IMG/VR virus record: IMGVR_UViG_3300010367_000056
Span: 64,001 to 125,012 of that record
DNA length: 61,012 nucleotides
Reading direction: 5' to 3' (one strand)
From: a virus
Taxonomy: Duplodnaviria > Heunggongvirae > Uroviricota > Caudoviricetes
In this document: positions 47,998 to 56,896 of the stretch, piece after piece
Numbering within the stretch: the first letter of the stretch is position 1
How the letters are laid out: each line of letters starts with the position of its first letter
Made by a program: the position numbers and the translations under genes
Notes under the pieces: model-generated
Databases searched by the model: none
What the model saw: only the letters and a program-made list of their open reading frames with translations
Told to the model about the DNA's origin: nothing

Positions 47998-48875
47998 TGA
48001 AACTTAGATATTGGTATAAAATTGATCAAAGCAAACAACCTATTCCTGGCTCCAATATTAGGAGAAAATCAAGACCAGGCCCTAACTATCAATGGAAAGA
48101 GATTTTAGATCCTTGCTGCTCTCCACTTGATATCACATGCAGTTGTGGCCCAAGATACTTTATCCAACTTGATGGAAGAGGAAAACCTGTAGACGGTTCT
48201 CTTATTAAGAGAGCTGAAGAAGGTATGCCAGAGGGTACTGATGGCACTAAATTCTATGAACTTCAATGGAAATCGCCATGCTGTGGAGGTATTACATATG
48301 ATTTCTCACTAGGATTCTTAGCTGGCGGCACATTTACTGTCTCTGTAAACGGAGTCTTAAAATTAAGTACAATGACTGCCAAATCAGGTAAAATAGCAGC
48401 TAATAAAGGTGATAGTATTATTGTTAACTTAATACATTCTACTGGAGCAATGGATAATAGTTTAGTACTTACTGGTGGACACACTTTTGTTAGTACTTCT
48501 CAACCAGCTTCATACTCATTTACATGGAATGGTAAAGACACTAATATTGAAGCTAATATTGAAAAACAACCTGATATTATTAGCTGGAACTTTAATGTTG
48601 AAGGTGGTTACAGTGGCTCTGTTCAAATACTTGATAATGCAGATGATGTAACCGGTGGAGTTTTAATAGATCCTAATGGTGGAACGTTTGGATCTGTCGT
48701 AGGTCATACAATTACAGTTCATGTAAATAAATTAGTAGGAGCTTCTACTGCTATCTCAATGGATTTAAGTAATTCTATGATAGACCACCAAGAAGGTACT
48801 AGTCCAGCAACATTTACTTTTGTTTACACAGGTGGTCAACTTACTATGGATATATTTGTTCCTATCCCAGGTTAA
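47997..48875 (+). CDS. structural protein with tandem N-terminal PCC repeats and Ig-like C-terminal domains
   Basis: RYWYKIDQSKQPIPGSNIRR..DPCC / RYFIQLDGRGKPVDGSLIKR..SPCC. Confidence 0.55.
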   Translation: MKLRYWYKIDQSKQPIPGSNIRRKSRPGPNYQWKEILDPCCSPLDITCSCGPRYFIQLDGRGKPVDGSLIKRAEEGMPEGTDGTKFYELQWKSPCCGGITYDFSLGFLAGGTFTVSVNGVLKLSTMTAKSGKIAANKGDSIIVNLIHSTGAMDNSLVLTGGHTFVSTSQPASYSFTWNGKDTNIEANIEKQPDIISWNFNVEGGYSGSVQILDNADDVTGGVLIDPNGGTFGSVVGHTITVHVNKLVGASTAISMDLSNSMIDHQEGTSPATFTFVYTGGQLTMDIFVPIPG

Positions 48876-48891
48876 TTTAAACTTTAAACCA

Positions 48892-49173
48892 ATGATAGTT
48901 GAGAAAATCAATATTCCTAAATTAATGTTAGATAATGATGCTGCTTACATTAATCATGTGGAATATTTAGTGAATTCTATAGACGAGGAAGCTAAGTTAA
49001 CCATAATTCAAAAAATAGGTTCACTTGGCTTTCAAGTTATTCCGTCAGATCCTAAGCTTAAATCTTTTATAATTAAAGCAATAAGAAAATCTCACTATAA
49101 GTTGGGTCTCGAAATTAAGTTTTCTAAATCAGTGAATGCTACTCAGAATATTTCTTTTTGGACTGAATTTTAA
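48892..49173 (+). CDS. hypothetical protein
   Basis: Start reassigned to MIVEK (48892); last gene before the convergent terminator. Confidence 0.55.
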   Translation: MIVEKINIPKLMLDNDAAYINHVEYLVNSIDEEAKLTIIQKIGSLGFQVIPSDPKLKSFIIKAIRKSHYKLGLEIKFSKSVNATQNISFWTEF

Positions 49174-49177
49174 TATG

Positions 49178-49226
49178 AAAAAAAAATAACCCCCATAAAT
49201 GCATTTCTGCATCTACGGGGGTTATT
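49178..49226 (-). terminator. strong intrinsic terminator for the - strand transcript at the convergence point
   Basis: Minus strand: AATAACCCCC GTAGATGCA GAAA TGCATTTAT GGGGGTTATT then a T-tract; GAAA tetraloop; two G-U pairs that would be A-C mismatches on +. Confidence 0.85.
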
Positions 49227-49252
49227 ACTCATTATACAATATAAGTCTACAA

Positions 49253-49672
49253 TTAAATATAAGCTTCTAAAACTTCATAGAGTTTAGCAATTTCTTCAGG
49301 TTTTTCAAGAGTGATCTCACTTTGAACCCAAACTGTTTCTTTTCTTTCAACAACATTACCTTCTACAAAGCCTTTCTTAGGATTCTTAAGACTTACAGGA
49401 ACCCTTTGATCCTCATGATGACCATCAGATAATAATACAATTACTTTACCATTATCCAGTTCATGAGTTCTGATAAATAAATCTAAGTTGATATAATCAG
49501 TTTTCCACACAAACTCAGTCTCAAACTTTCCAGGAACAATTACTTCCTCATGAGTAACTTCTTCATCATCACCATCAATATCAACTGGAACTCTCTGTTT
49601 CAGAGGAATAGGATTACCTTGTGCATCTTTCTTTTGAACTTCTTTCTTTCTGCTGTACTTAAATGGAGTCAT
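49253..49672 (-). CDS. hypothetical protein
   Basis: 139-aa ORF in a tightly packed operon. Confidence 0.6.
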   Translation of the reverse strand: MTPFKYSRKKEVQKKDAQGNPIPLKQRVPVDIDGDDEEVTHEEVIVPGKFETEFVWKTDYINLDLFIRTHELDNGKVIVLLSDGHHEDQRVPVSLKNPKKGFVEGNVVERKETVWVQSEITLEKPEEIAKLYEVLEAYI

Positions 49673-49674
49673 TA

Positions 49675-50373
49675 TTAGTTTTTATTTTTACGTTCTTGAA
49701 TAGCGTTTAATAACATTTGAGCTTTATCAAATTTTCTGTCTTGTACAGATTCTTGTAATAATAATTGTAATTCTTCCAAAGAAAATTTCTCAGTATTAAT
49801 CTCTTCAGATACATCTCTCATTGAGATATTTTCTTCACCAGAGTTAGCTAGATGATATTTGATCTTAAATAGTTTTCCTCCAAGAGTTACATCTGCATAA
49901 TCAAATTTACCCTCTTTTTTACCTAACTTTTCTTCAAAATTGTCATAATTAAGACAAGAAGGACATGTACAATTTTCATCCTCGGACACTTCTTCTTGAA
50001 CTTCCTCATTTGAGGTCTCATTTACAGGAGTAGGTTTTCTACTTTCTTCCAGTTTTTTGGCTAACTTACCCACTAGTTCCTCAAGAGAACTTTTCAACTT
50101 AGATCTCTCAGCTTCAAATTCTTCTTTTGACATATTCTTTACTTTGTCTATAAAACCAGGAGGTAACATAGAGTTAGGAATTTGTTGTTTTGGAGTTTCA
50201 CTAAAGATCTTACGAGGATCAAAACTACCAAAACCATCCATACTTTCTATTTGGCCATTATCCTTAAGTTTCAGAATAGCGCCACCACCTACATTAACAC
50301 CTTTTTGTGCTAACTGTTTCACAATGTTTTCTACAAGTTTCTTTAACTCTTCTTTATTTGAATTATTCATCAT
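49675..50373 (-). CDS. hypothetical protein with C-terminal UVR-like helical motif
   Basis: LQLLLQESVQDRKFDKAQMLLNAI resembles the UvrB/C coiled-coil motif; CTCPSC cluster. Confidence 0.5.
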   Translation of the reverse strand: MMNNSNKEELKKLVENIVKQLAQKGVNVGGGAILKLKDNGQIESMDGFGSFDPRKIFSETPKQQIPNSMLPPGFIDKVKNMSKEEFEAERSKLKSSLEELVGKLAKKLEESRKPTPVNETSNEEVQEEVSEDENCTCPSCLNYDNFEEKLGKKEGKFDYADVTLGGKLFKIKYHLANSGEENISMRDVSEEINTEKFSLEELQLLLQESVQDRKFDKAQMLLNAIQERKNKN

Positions 50374-50869
50374 AATTGATTTTACTTTTTACGATTGTGG
50401 CTTCTATCATTTCAAGAAGCTCTATTTTCTTGATTTTTAAATAAGGTACATTATCTGGATTTAATTCATAACTATTATGACAATCTGGACAAAGTATTGC
50501 TATATTCCAACTAGAATGTCTATACTGTGGATAGTTTCTTTTCTCCAAGATGTGATGGAAATGCATTAAATTAGGTTCTGATCCTAATCCCTTATGACAA
50601 CACTCACATCTTGGATAATGTAGAATAATATCCATTCCAGGATCTCCTTGTGTTCTATTATCCCAAACATTCTTATAAAATATCTTATCATCCTCCAGTA
50701 AGTTCTTCTTTAAAGTTATTTTAAACTTTTGTTTTTCACTCACTTTAGCAATAGATTTTGGAGGCTGAAGTTTAAATGCACAGGTCTTACAGTACTTATT
50801 ACCTTCTATATTTTTATATATATAAGTTATTTGTAAACAACCTGCGCATATTTTCTTCTTTGATTGCAT
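50363..50869 (-). CDS. HNH endonuclease with zinc-binding motifs
   Basis: CAGC..CKTC N-terminal finger; CECC..FHHILEK..NIAILCPDCHN HNH core. Confidence 0.8.
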   Translation of the reverse strand: MQSKKKICAGCLQITYIYKNIEGNKYCKTCAFKLQPPKSIAKVSEKQKFKITLKKNLLEDDKIFYKNVWDNRTQGDPGMDIILHYPRCECCHKGLGSEPNLMHFHHILEKRNYPQYRHSSWNIAILCPDCHNSYELNPDNVPYLKIKKIELLEMIEATIVKSKINYDE

Positions 50870-51054
50870 TAATAAACTGGTTCGTTAGTAGTCTTTGCTT
50901 TCATGAACAAGGCTCTAGTTTTACGAGCTTGTGTGATATTTGGCTTATAAGCACTCAGACCATTTACTCTCACACGAAAAGATTTACCTACTTGATAAAT
51001 ATTTTTCTCTACTGCCTTGTAAGTTTTACTAACTTGATTGGTTTTTGTTGACAT
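50869..51054 (-). CDS. small basic protein, AP2/beta-hairpin DNA-binding-like
   Basis: NIYQVGKSFRVRVNG..TQARK pattern; 61 aa, basic. Confidence 0.4.
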   Translation of the reverse strand: MSTKTNQVSKTYKAVEKNIYQVGKSFRVRVNGLSAYKPNITQARKTRALFMKAKTTNEPVY

Positions 51055-51077
51055 TGATATGAATTTTAATTGTTACA

Positions 51078-51085
51078 CAAATTTA
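51078..51085 (-). promoter_or_regulatory. Bacteroidota-type -7 box TAAATTTG
   Basis: Exact match overlapping the recA stop; TTG 20 nt upstream (partial -33); ATG at 51054. Confidence 0.5.
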
Positions 51086-52096
51086 CTTTGCCTCTTCCAC
51101 TTTAACAAGTATTTTGTTAAGTATTTCTTGAGAAAGTTCTGGATTATCTTTAAGTAATTGATTTACAGCTTCTTTACCTTGTCCAAGTTTATTTTGTTCA
51201 TAACTAAACCATGAACCAGATTTATTAATAATGCCTAAATCAACGGCAATACCTAAGACTTCACCCATTTTATTAATACCTTCACCAAACATGATATCAA
51301 ACTCAGCTTTGGTAAAAGGAGGAGCTACTTTATTCTTAATAACCTTTACTGTTACTGGATGACCAATAGCAGCATCTTCTTGGTTTTTAACTAAATTAGC
51401 ATTAGAAATGCTTCTTCGCACATCAAGTCTAACAGTGGCATAAAATTTAAGAGCATTACCACCAGTAGTAACTTCAGGAGATCCAAACATAACACCAATC
51501 TTTTCTCTCAATTGATTGATAAAGATTAATAATGTGTTATTCTTACTAGCTGATGCAGTAATCTTCCTTAAAGCTTGTGACATCAATCTAGCATGAAGAC
51601 CCATTTTATTATCTCCCATCTCTCCTTCAAGTTCTCCTTTAGGAACAAGTGCAGCTACAGAATCAACTACAACTACATCAAAGGCTCCACTACAGATCAT
51701 TCTATCAGCGATCTCAAGGGCTTGCTCACCGTAGTCGGGTTGAGAGATAATAAGATCATCAACATTAACACCTAACCTTTGAGCATAACCTTTATCAAAA
51801 GCATGTTCTGCATCTATAAATCCTACCATCCCCCCATTCTTCTGAGCTTCAGCCATCACATGAATAGCAATTGTAGTTTTACCTGAACTTTCGGGGCCAT
51901 AGATTTCCACAATCCTACCTTTTGGTAATCCACCTATTCCAAGAGCAATGTCAAGACCTAAGCTTCCAGTAGATACTACATTTGCTTTATCGAAGTCTGG
52001 CTTATCAGTTAATGCCATAATACTACCTTTACCAAAGTCTTTTTCAACTTTATCCATCATTAGCTTGATAGCTTTTTGCTTTTCTGCTTTATCCAT
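51083..52096 (-). CDS. recA: RecA recombinase
   Basis: [82 protein letters not shown]. Confidence 0.98.
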   Translation of the reverse strand: MDKAEKQKAIKLMMDKVEKDFGKGSIMALTDKPDFDKANVVSTGSLGLDIALGIGGLPKGRIVEIYGPESSGKTTIAIHVMAEAQKNGGMVGFIDAEHAFDKGYAQRLGVNVDDLIISQPDYGEQALEIADRMICSGAFDVVVVDSVAALVPKGELEGEMGDNKMGLHARLMSQALRKITASASKNNTLLIFINQLREKIGVMFGSPEVTTGGNALKFYATVRLDVRRSISNANLVKNQEDAAIGHPVTVKVIKNKVAPPFTKAEFDIMFGEGINKMGEVLGIAVDLGIINKSGSWFSYEQNKLGQGKEAVNQLLKDNPELSQEILNKILVKVEEAK

Positions 52097-52120
52097 ATTT
52101 ATATTTTAGTACCTCAAAGG

Positions 52121-52165
52121 TAATAAATTTGCCCAAGATTTCAATCATCTTGGGCAAATTTATTA
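52121..52165. promoter_or_regulatory. 19-bp perfect palindrome upstream of recA, each arm containing TAAATTTG
   Basis: TAATAAATTTGCCCAAGAT-TTCAATC-ATCTTGGGCAAATTTATTA. Confidence 0.75.
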
Positions 52166-52498
52166 ATAATTCATGGGGCCATCTGATCTATATAATTTCT
52201 CTCTATCATTTAAATGGTCTAGTGTTGCGGGAAACTTATCTATTGCTTCTTTACCTGCCCCATAGAATCCTTGTTCTTGAGCTTGTGTGGCGAGAAACTG
52301 TAAATTCTCTTGTTGTTCAAGCTCCATAATTGCTCTTTTGAGATAGTTAGCCTGATCCAGAGTCTCTTCATAAGCATGTTGTAACCAATCTTTTAGACTT
52401 AAGTCCTTTCTATCAAGTGTAACTCCGTACTTGTTAATACCTACTTGAGATCTCTGTAATAGATCAGTCCTAACTGCTTCAACTATTTGATCTACCAT
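52163..52498 (-). CDS. all-alpha NTP pyrophosphatase (MazG-like) candidate
   Basis: GINKYGVTLDR..WLQHAYEETLDQANYL: GxxKYG plus EExxD acidic helix. Confidence 0.45.
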   Translation of the reverse strand: MVDQIVEAVRTDLLQRSQVGINKYGVTLDRKDLSLKDWLQHAYEETLDQANYLKRAIMELEQQENLQFLATQAQEQGFYGAGKEAIDKFPATLDHLNDREKLYRSDGPMNY

Positions 52499-52509
52499 AA
52501 TTTAATTTT

Positions 52510-52686
52510 TTAAATATCCATTGCACATCCATGCTCACAATCTGAACAACAGTTACATTCTGTTTCACAGTCTCCGTGAATTTCTTCACTAAAAGGACAT
52601 GTGTAAGTTTCTCCAGACACAGGTTTTTTACAACCTTGACATAAAAAGGTTTGATCTTTCTTTTCTAACTTGATTTTGAAGTCCAT
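52510..52686 (-). CDS. 58-aa Cys-rich protein (not in ORF track)
   Basis: MDFKIKLEKKDQTFLCQGCKKPVSGETYTCPFSEEIHGDCETECNCCSDCEHGCAMDI*; 9 Cys; fills an otherwise empty gap. Confidence 0.75.
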   Translation of the reverse strand: MDFKIKLEKKDQTFLCQGCKKPVSGETYTCPFSEEIHGDCETECNCCSDCEHGCAMDI

Positions 52687-52964
52687 AAAAGCATATTTTG
52701 AAGTTGTTTAAACTGTTGCATTGTTTCAATCTTAAGAATTGTTCTTATATTCTCAGGATCTGGTATTATATCTATAAATAATGACGGATCTCTAAGAATG
52801 AATCTACAAATATTAGTACTGTAATCTACAGACATATAATAATTGTCTTTCTCATATAATTGTCTCAATGTATTTGTTTCAAAATCTTTCATGAATTTCC
52901 AACCAAGTTCTTCTAAGGACTCCTTATTGATAGGATCATGCTCGGATAATTTTATCTTAAACAT
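52665..52964 (-). CDS. hypothetical protein, MFKI-start
   Basis: 99 aa; TAATG-coupled to thyX. Confidence 0.65.
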   Translation of the reverse strand: MFKIKLSEHDPINKESLEELGWKFMKDFETNTLRQLYEKDNYYMSVDYSTNICRFILRDPSLFIDIIPDPENIRTILKIETMQQFKQLQNMLLWTSKSS

Positions 52965-53611
52965 TATACAAAGTTAAAAGCTTTTAAAGTATGTTCAAAC
53001 GGATTTCCTGGAATATTTCTTACAGCATTTAGCATGTAAGTTGCTAATTCCCTAGTTTCTTGTTGAGCATCAGGCTTTAATCTTTGTTTCATCATGTTAA
53101 TAAAAGCTAACATACTACCAGTCCAGATACATTGAGTTTCAAGAGCTAATGGAAGTACAGCCCTAGCTTGTTCTTTAGAAACTCCCAAAGAAATTAAAGC
53201 ATTGTAAGATCCTTTGCAATAATCTATTGTTTGTCTATAAATATCTTTAGCTAGTTTATTATCAGTAGTAGATAATAATCCTTCACTTCCTTGCTTAGAA
53301 GATTTAGCTTGATTTCTAAATTCTTCTATCATATAATACTCATCAGAAAAATCAACATACCTACCTGAAATAGAGTTAGTTGTTATACCAACTTGATGCT
53401 TAAATACTTGTCTTTCAACGAATATTGGAAAGGTTAGTCTAAACTGCAACTGGGGATGTCTGAATACAGAAGTATGTCCATGTTCATAGAGATACTTAAT
53501 CAATTTCTCATCCTTCTCATCAAATTGCACTTTATTCTTTCCATAAGAGACTCTTGCAGCATTAACTACCATAAGATCATCTCCAAAATGACTTAATAAT
53601 TCTACTTTCAT
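52964..53611 (-). CDS. thyX: flavin-dependent thymidylate synthase
   Basis: VVNAARVSY, GHTSVFRH, FVERQVFKHQVG..NSISGRYV, KEQARAVLPL, RLKPDAQQETR. Confidence 0.93.
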   Translation of the reverse strand: MKVELLSHFGDDLMVVNAARVSYGKNKVQFDEKDEKLIKYLYEHGHTSVFRHPQLQFRLTFPIFVERQVFKHQVGITTNSISGRYVDFSDEYYMIEEFRNQAKSSKQGSEGLLSTTDNKLAKDIYRQTIDYCKGSYNALISLGVSKEQARAVLPLALETQCIWTGSMLAFINMMKQRLKPDAQQETRELATYMLNAVRNIPGNPFEHTLKAFNFV

Positions 53612-55524
53612 TATGCTATTTCACACTTGCCTCCTGCACAAGCAGTATCCTGAGTAAATGCTGTATTATCATCTATTTCTACAACTTTAGTAAGGTCTAC
53701 ATCTGTAAGAGAGCCAACTCTTTTCAGATATTCTTCTTCAGAACAACTCTCAAAAGGAGCTTGAACATAAGTTCCACCATCATAAGGTAATACAGATAAT
53801 CCATTATAGACATCTCTATTATCCCACATCCAATTTCCAACCATCTCCCATTCATTATATTCTTCACAAGTCATTTTCTCAAGATCTTTACCCATTATAT
53901 TACAGTAGTATTTTCTATCCTTATCAATAGAAATAGTTGCAGAAACATTATGAGTATTTACACCATCTCTATGGCCAGATTTAATCCAGCTTGTAGAAAA
54001 TTGTTTTACTCTTTCTAATAAATCAATGGCACTCTCTGACCTCATAATAGCGTCTTCTGGAGCTTTCATAGGGATTCTTACACAAAGTACATCTGATCTT
54101 AATTGATCAACTTCACAAAGCTCAGGATGATGTATCTGCATATGCAGAGCTATATCTTCATTAATATTAAATCTTACAGTTCTTAAGAACCATTTATCAT
54201 GCCATGCATGAATTCCAGATGAAGAACCTAATACCAAAGAAGTAGTTCCTGAAGGTTTAATAAGAGTAGTTCTAGCTGCTCTATTAATTCCTAATAATCC
54301 AGCAATATCAGAATTTACTTCTTTAACTATCTCAGCAGCTTCTGCAAGATCTAAATCTTTAAGTTTACCACCTCCAATACCAGTAATACCTATACCTACA
54401 AGAGCATCTTTCTCAGTAGTTTTCTGCCAGATAGGTCTAAGATAGTGAAAATCAGTGAATCCAGCTTGTAAAGTGCCAAAGAATGCAGCGACAGCAGCTC
54501 TTTCATTTAAATCTTCTTGAGAAACAATAGTATCACCATTAATTTCACAAAGATTACAGAATTGGTAAGGTCTCAAAGCTACTTCACAACATGGATTTGT
54601 ACCCCAATCTCTATCATTACTCCAATAAAATCCTGGTTCTCCTGAACCTGAAAGTTCAATTTTATGCCATAACTTCTTGAATTCTTGTTCTGAAATCTTA
54701 TCTCTCTCAAGAACAGCAGAGTTATTAGCTCTTCCTCTCTGTTCATTCAACTCCCACCAATTTCCATACTTACACTCAAGCATTTCAACATCATCATGAG
54801 AGAATAAACTAATCATAGCTGCTCTCCTAATGCCACCAGCCAATACTGCATTTGCAATATGGCACATAATATCATGACATTCAAGAGGAGTAAGCCATTC
54901 ACCATTCTTTTTTCTGTCTAAAATTTGTTGAATTTCAAATAAACATTTTTTTAGAGGTTCAGGGCCAGGTGCTTTACCACCAGCAGTAACTAATCTTGCT
55001 CCTTTTAGTCTAATTTGACTAAAATCAAAAATTGGAAGAGGTTTTCCTTGTAAATAAGCCTTCATAAGAGCTTTAACAGCATCAGCCCAACCCATAATAT
55101 CATCAGCGACAACAAATCTTCTATGTTTTGTAGGTACTTTAATAGTAGGTAATTGATTAACATGATGGAATTGAACACTATAACCTACTCCAGTTCCTCC
55201 TAATAATAGAAACATAGTCTCTGAAAATGCATGAATACTATCAACAGGTAAATAACAACAGTTATAACCTCTAGCATGATTAGCTTCCATAGCTGGGCCT
55301 GAGAACTGTAAGGCTCTCATAGAAGGAAGAATCTTCTTATCTCTGATAAAGTCAATTTTAGCTGATATACTTGCTCCTAACTCAGGATATTTCTTCTCCA
55401 TCATTGTGAAATACCTATCAACAATCTCATCCCAAGTTTCTCTTCTCTTAAGATCAGGTCTATACTTTGCATATTTTGTAAATACAATTAAATCCGATAA
55501 AATTTGCTTTTCTTTTGTCATCAT
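53611..55524 (-). CDS. nrdJ: class II (B12-dependent) ribonucleoside-triphosphate reductase
   Basis: LPSMRALQ, YNCCY, GGIRRAAMI, GTNPCCEVAL..FCNLCE, KPSGTTS, C-terminal CAGGKCEI; no nrdB small subunit nearby. Confidence 0.88.
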   Translation of the reverse strand: MMTKEKQILSDLIVFTKYAKYRPDLKRRETWDEIVDRYFTMMEKKYPELGASISAKIDFIRDKKILPSMRALQFSGPAMEANHARGYNCCYLPVDSIHAFSETMFLLLGGTGVGYSVQFHHVNQLPTIKVPTKHRRFVVADDIMGWADAVKALMKAYLQGKPLPIFDFSQIRLKGARLVTAGGKAPGPEPLKKCLFEIQQILDRKKNGEWLTPLECHDIMCHIANAVLAGGIRRAAMISLFSHDDVEMLECKYGNWWELNEQRGRANNSAVLERDKISEQEFKKLWHKIELSGSGEPGFYWSNDRDWGTNPCCEVALRPYQFCNLCEINGDTIVSQEDLNERAAVAAFFGTLQAGFTDFHYLRPIWQKTTEKDALVGIGITGIGGGKLKDLDLAEAAEIVKEVNSDIAGLLGINRAARTTLIKPSGTTSLVLGSSSGIHAWHDKWFLRTVRFNINEDIALHMQIHHPELCEVDQLRSDVLCVRIPMKAPEDAIMRSESAIDLLERVKQFSTSWIKSGHRDGVNTHNVSATISIDKDRKYYCNIMGKDLEKMTCEEYNEWEMVGNWMWDNRDVYNGLSVLPYDGGTYVQAPFESCSEEEYLKRVGSLTDVDLTKVVEIDDNTAFTQDTACAGGKCEIA

Positions 55525-55537
55525 TTAAAATTTTAGT

Positions 55538-55561
55538 AAAAAGGGTAGCAAAACTATCCTT
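55538..55561 (-). terminator. weak hairpin, possible terminator/attenuator upstream of nrdJ
   Basis: AAGGATAG-TTTTG-CTACCCTT plus TTT on -; one A-C mismatch. Confidence 0.3.
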
Positions 55562-55607
55562 GTTATTTGTAATTACCAAATTTTAACTGAGACTTCTAAA
55601 AGAAATT

Positions 55608-56321
55608 TTATCTTACCTCATACAATTCATTTATATCCAATAGCTTGAAATCAACTCCCATTGCTTTCTCTTTTCTACTACTGTGAAAATGTCCATAGAT
55701 CCATTGGGATGGTTTATATTTTTTTATAATAAGTTCAGCAAAAGCTGTAACATATTTTCTTTCCCTATCCAGATCATCTCTTAAATTAGGATCAAGTTGA
55801 CAATAATTATCAACAATACTAGCTGAGCCTCTTGGATAAGCAAAATGAGGTGCTGTATGAGTTACAATAATATCTAAATTCTGAATATTCCTTTCAATTG
55901 TAGCTAATTTAAAACTATCAAGTTCAAATTCTTCTCCAGCCCACCAAGTGGGTGGATGTTCATCTCTCCTGACAATTCTATCAATACTAATAGCTCCTCC
56001 TACAAATAGCATTTTCTTATCTTCAATTAATCTACATTGATAATCATCAACTAGATGAATATTTTGGAATTTTGGTAACCATAAACCTAAATCTTTCTTC
56101 CAAAATATAGGATTATCATGATTACCTCTAATAGCATATAAGGTATTACCAGTTTCTCCAAGAATTTCATCAAGTTTTAGTAAATTACTAATATCTCTCT
56201 GAACTTCTTGAAAACCAAGTCCTAAATCCCCTACTTGTATGAGATTTTGATTTTCTAGCTTATGCTTATCAATAATCTCAAATATTGGTCTTACACCATG
56301 AGTATCACCTATAAAATACAT
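55608..56321 (-). CDS. calcineurin-like metallophosphoesterase
   Basis: GDTHG, GDLG, RGNHD, THTAP, GHFH. Confidence 0.9.
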   Translation of the reverse strand: MYFIGDTHGVRPIFEIIDKHKLENQNLIQVGDLGLGFQEVQRDISNLLKLDEILGETGNTLYAIRGNHDNPIFWKKDLGLWLPKFQNIHLVDDYQCRLIEDKKMLFVGGAISIDRIVRRDEHPPTWWAGEEFELDSFKLATIERNIQNLDIIVTHTAPHFAYPRGSASIVDNYCQLDPNLRDDLDRERKYVTAFAELIIKKYKPSQWIYGHFHSSRKEKAMGVDFKLLDINELYEVR

Positions 56322-56611
56322 TATTTATAAATTGTTATAGTTTTTCTACTCTTTTTTACTTCATTCCATTCTTGTTTGGCATTATATTCAGCTTGTGCAT
56401 ACCACTGACTTTTACCAAGCTCAGCTCTATAATATTTTTTAGTTGTTAAATCTTGAATAACAACTTCATAAGTTACTGAACTTTTTTCTATATCAGTTTC
56501 TATTACTTCTTTATGAACAACATCAAAAAGCTGATTATCGTCATCCCAAATACCATCTTCAAGAAGAATATCTTCTACTTCTCTTACTGTAAACTTTCTT
56601 TTTAATTTCAT
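56321..56611 (-). CDS. hypothetical protein
   Basis: 96 aa, coupled on both sides. Confidence 0.65.
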   Translation of the reverse strand: MKLKRKFTVREVEDILLEDGIWDDDNQLFDVVHKEVIETDIEKSSVTYEVVIQDLTTKKYYRAELGKSQWYAQAEYNAKQEWNEVKKSRKTITIYK

Positions 56612-56895
56612 GGATTTAGATGAGTTTGTGCATAAATCTGCTGTAACTGAGCAGCAGTATAATTAATATTTTGAGAAAAGCCAATAAAAGTAGCTCCCCT
56701 TTGATAACCACCAAGAGATATTTCATTACAAGGATTTCCAGTTTCAAATTTTTGTTTCTTTACACCAGTAATCTTCATTTTATCAAATCCTAAAGCTTCT
56801 CTTGCTAGTTTTTGAGCTACTTTATTAGCATCTCTTCTCTGCTGTTGCTCCTCAGTTAATCTTTTAACTTTAGATTTCTTTAACTTCTTTTTCAT
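56608..56895 (-). CDS. basic hypothetical protein
   Basis: Start reassigned to MKKKLKK (56895), 1 nt after the TAG of the 43-aa ORF. Confidence 0.55.
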   Translation of the reverse strand: MKKKLKKSKVKRLTEEQQQRRDANKVAQKLAREALGFDKMKITGVKKQKFETGNPCNEISLGGYQRGATFIGFSQNINYTAAQLQQIYAQTHLNP

Positions 56896-56896
56896 A

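Noticed and set aside
40532-48875. Diversity-generating retroelement or invertible fibre shufflon
   Set aside because: No reverse transcriptase or recombinase in the window, and no near-identical DNA repeat pair or long inverted repeats seen; paralogy is only at the protein level.
49175-49290. Short + strand ORF starting MKKKITP
   Set aside because: It runs through the terminator hairpin and into the opposite gene; best explained by the A-tract.
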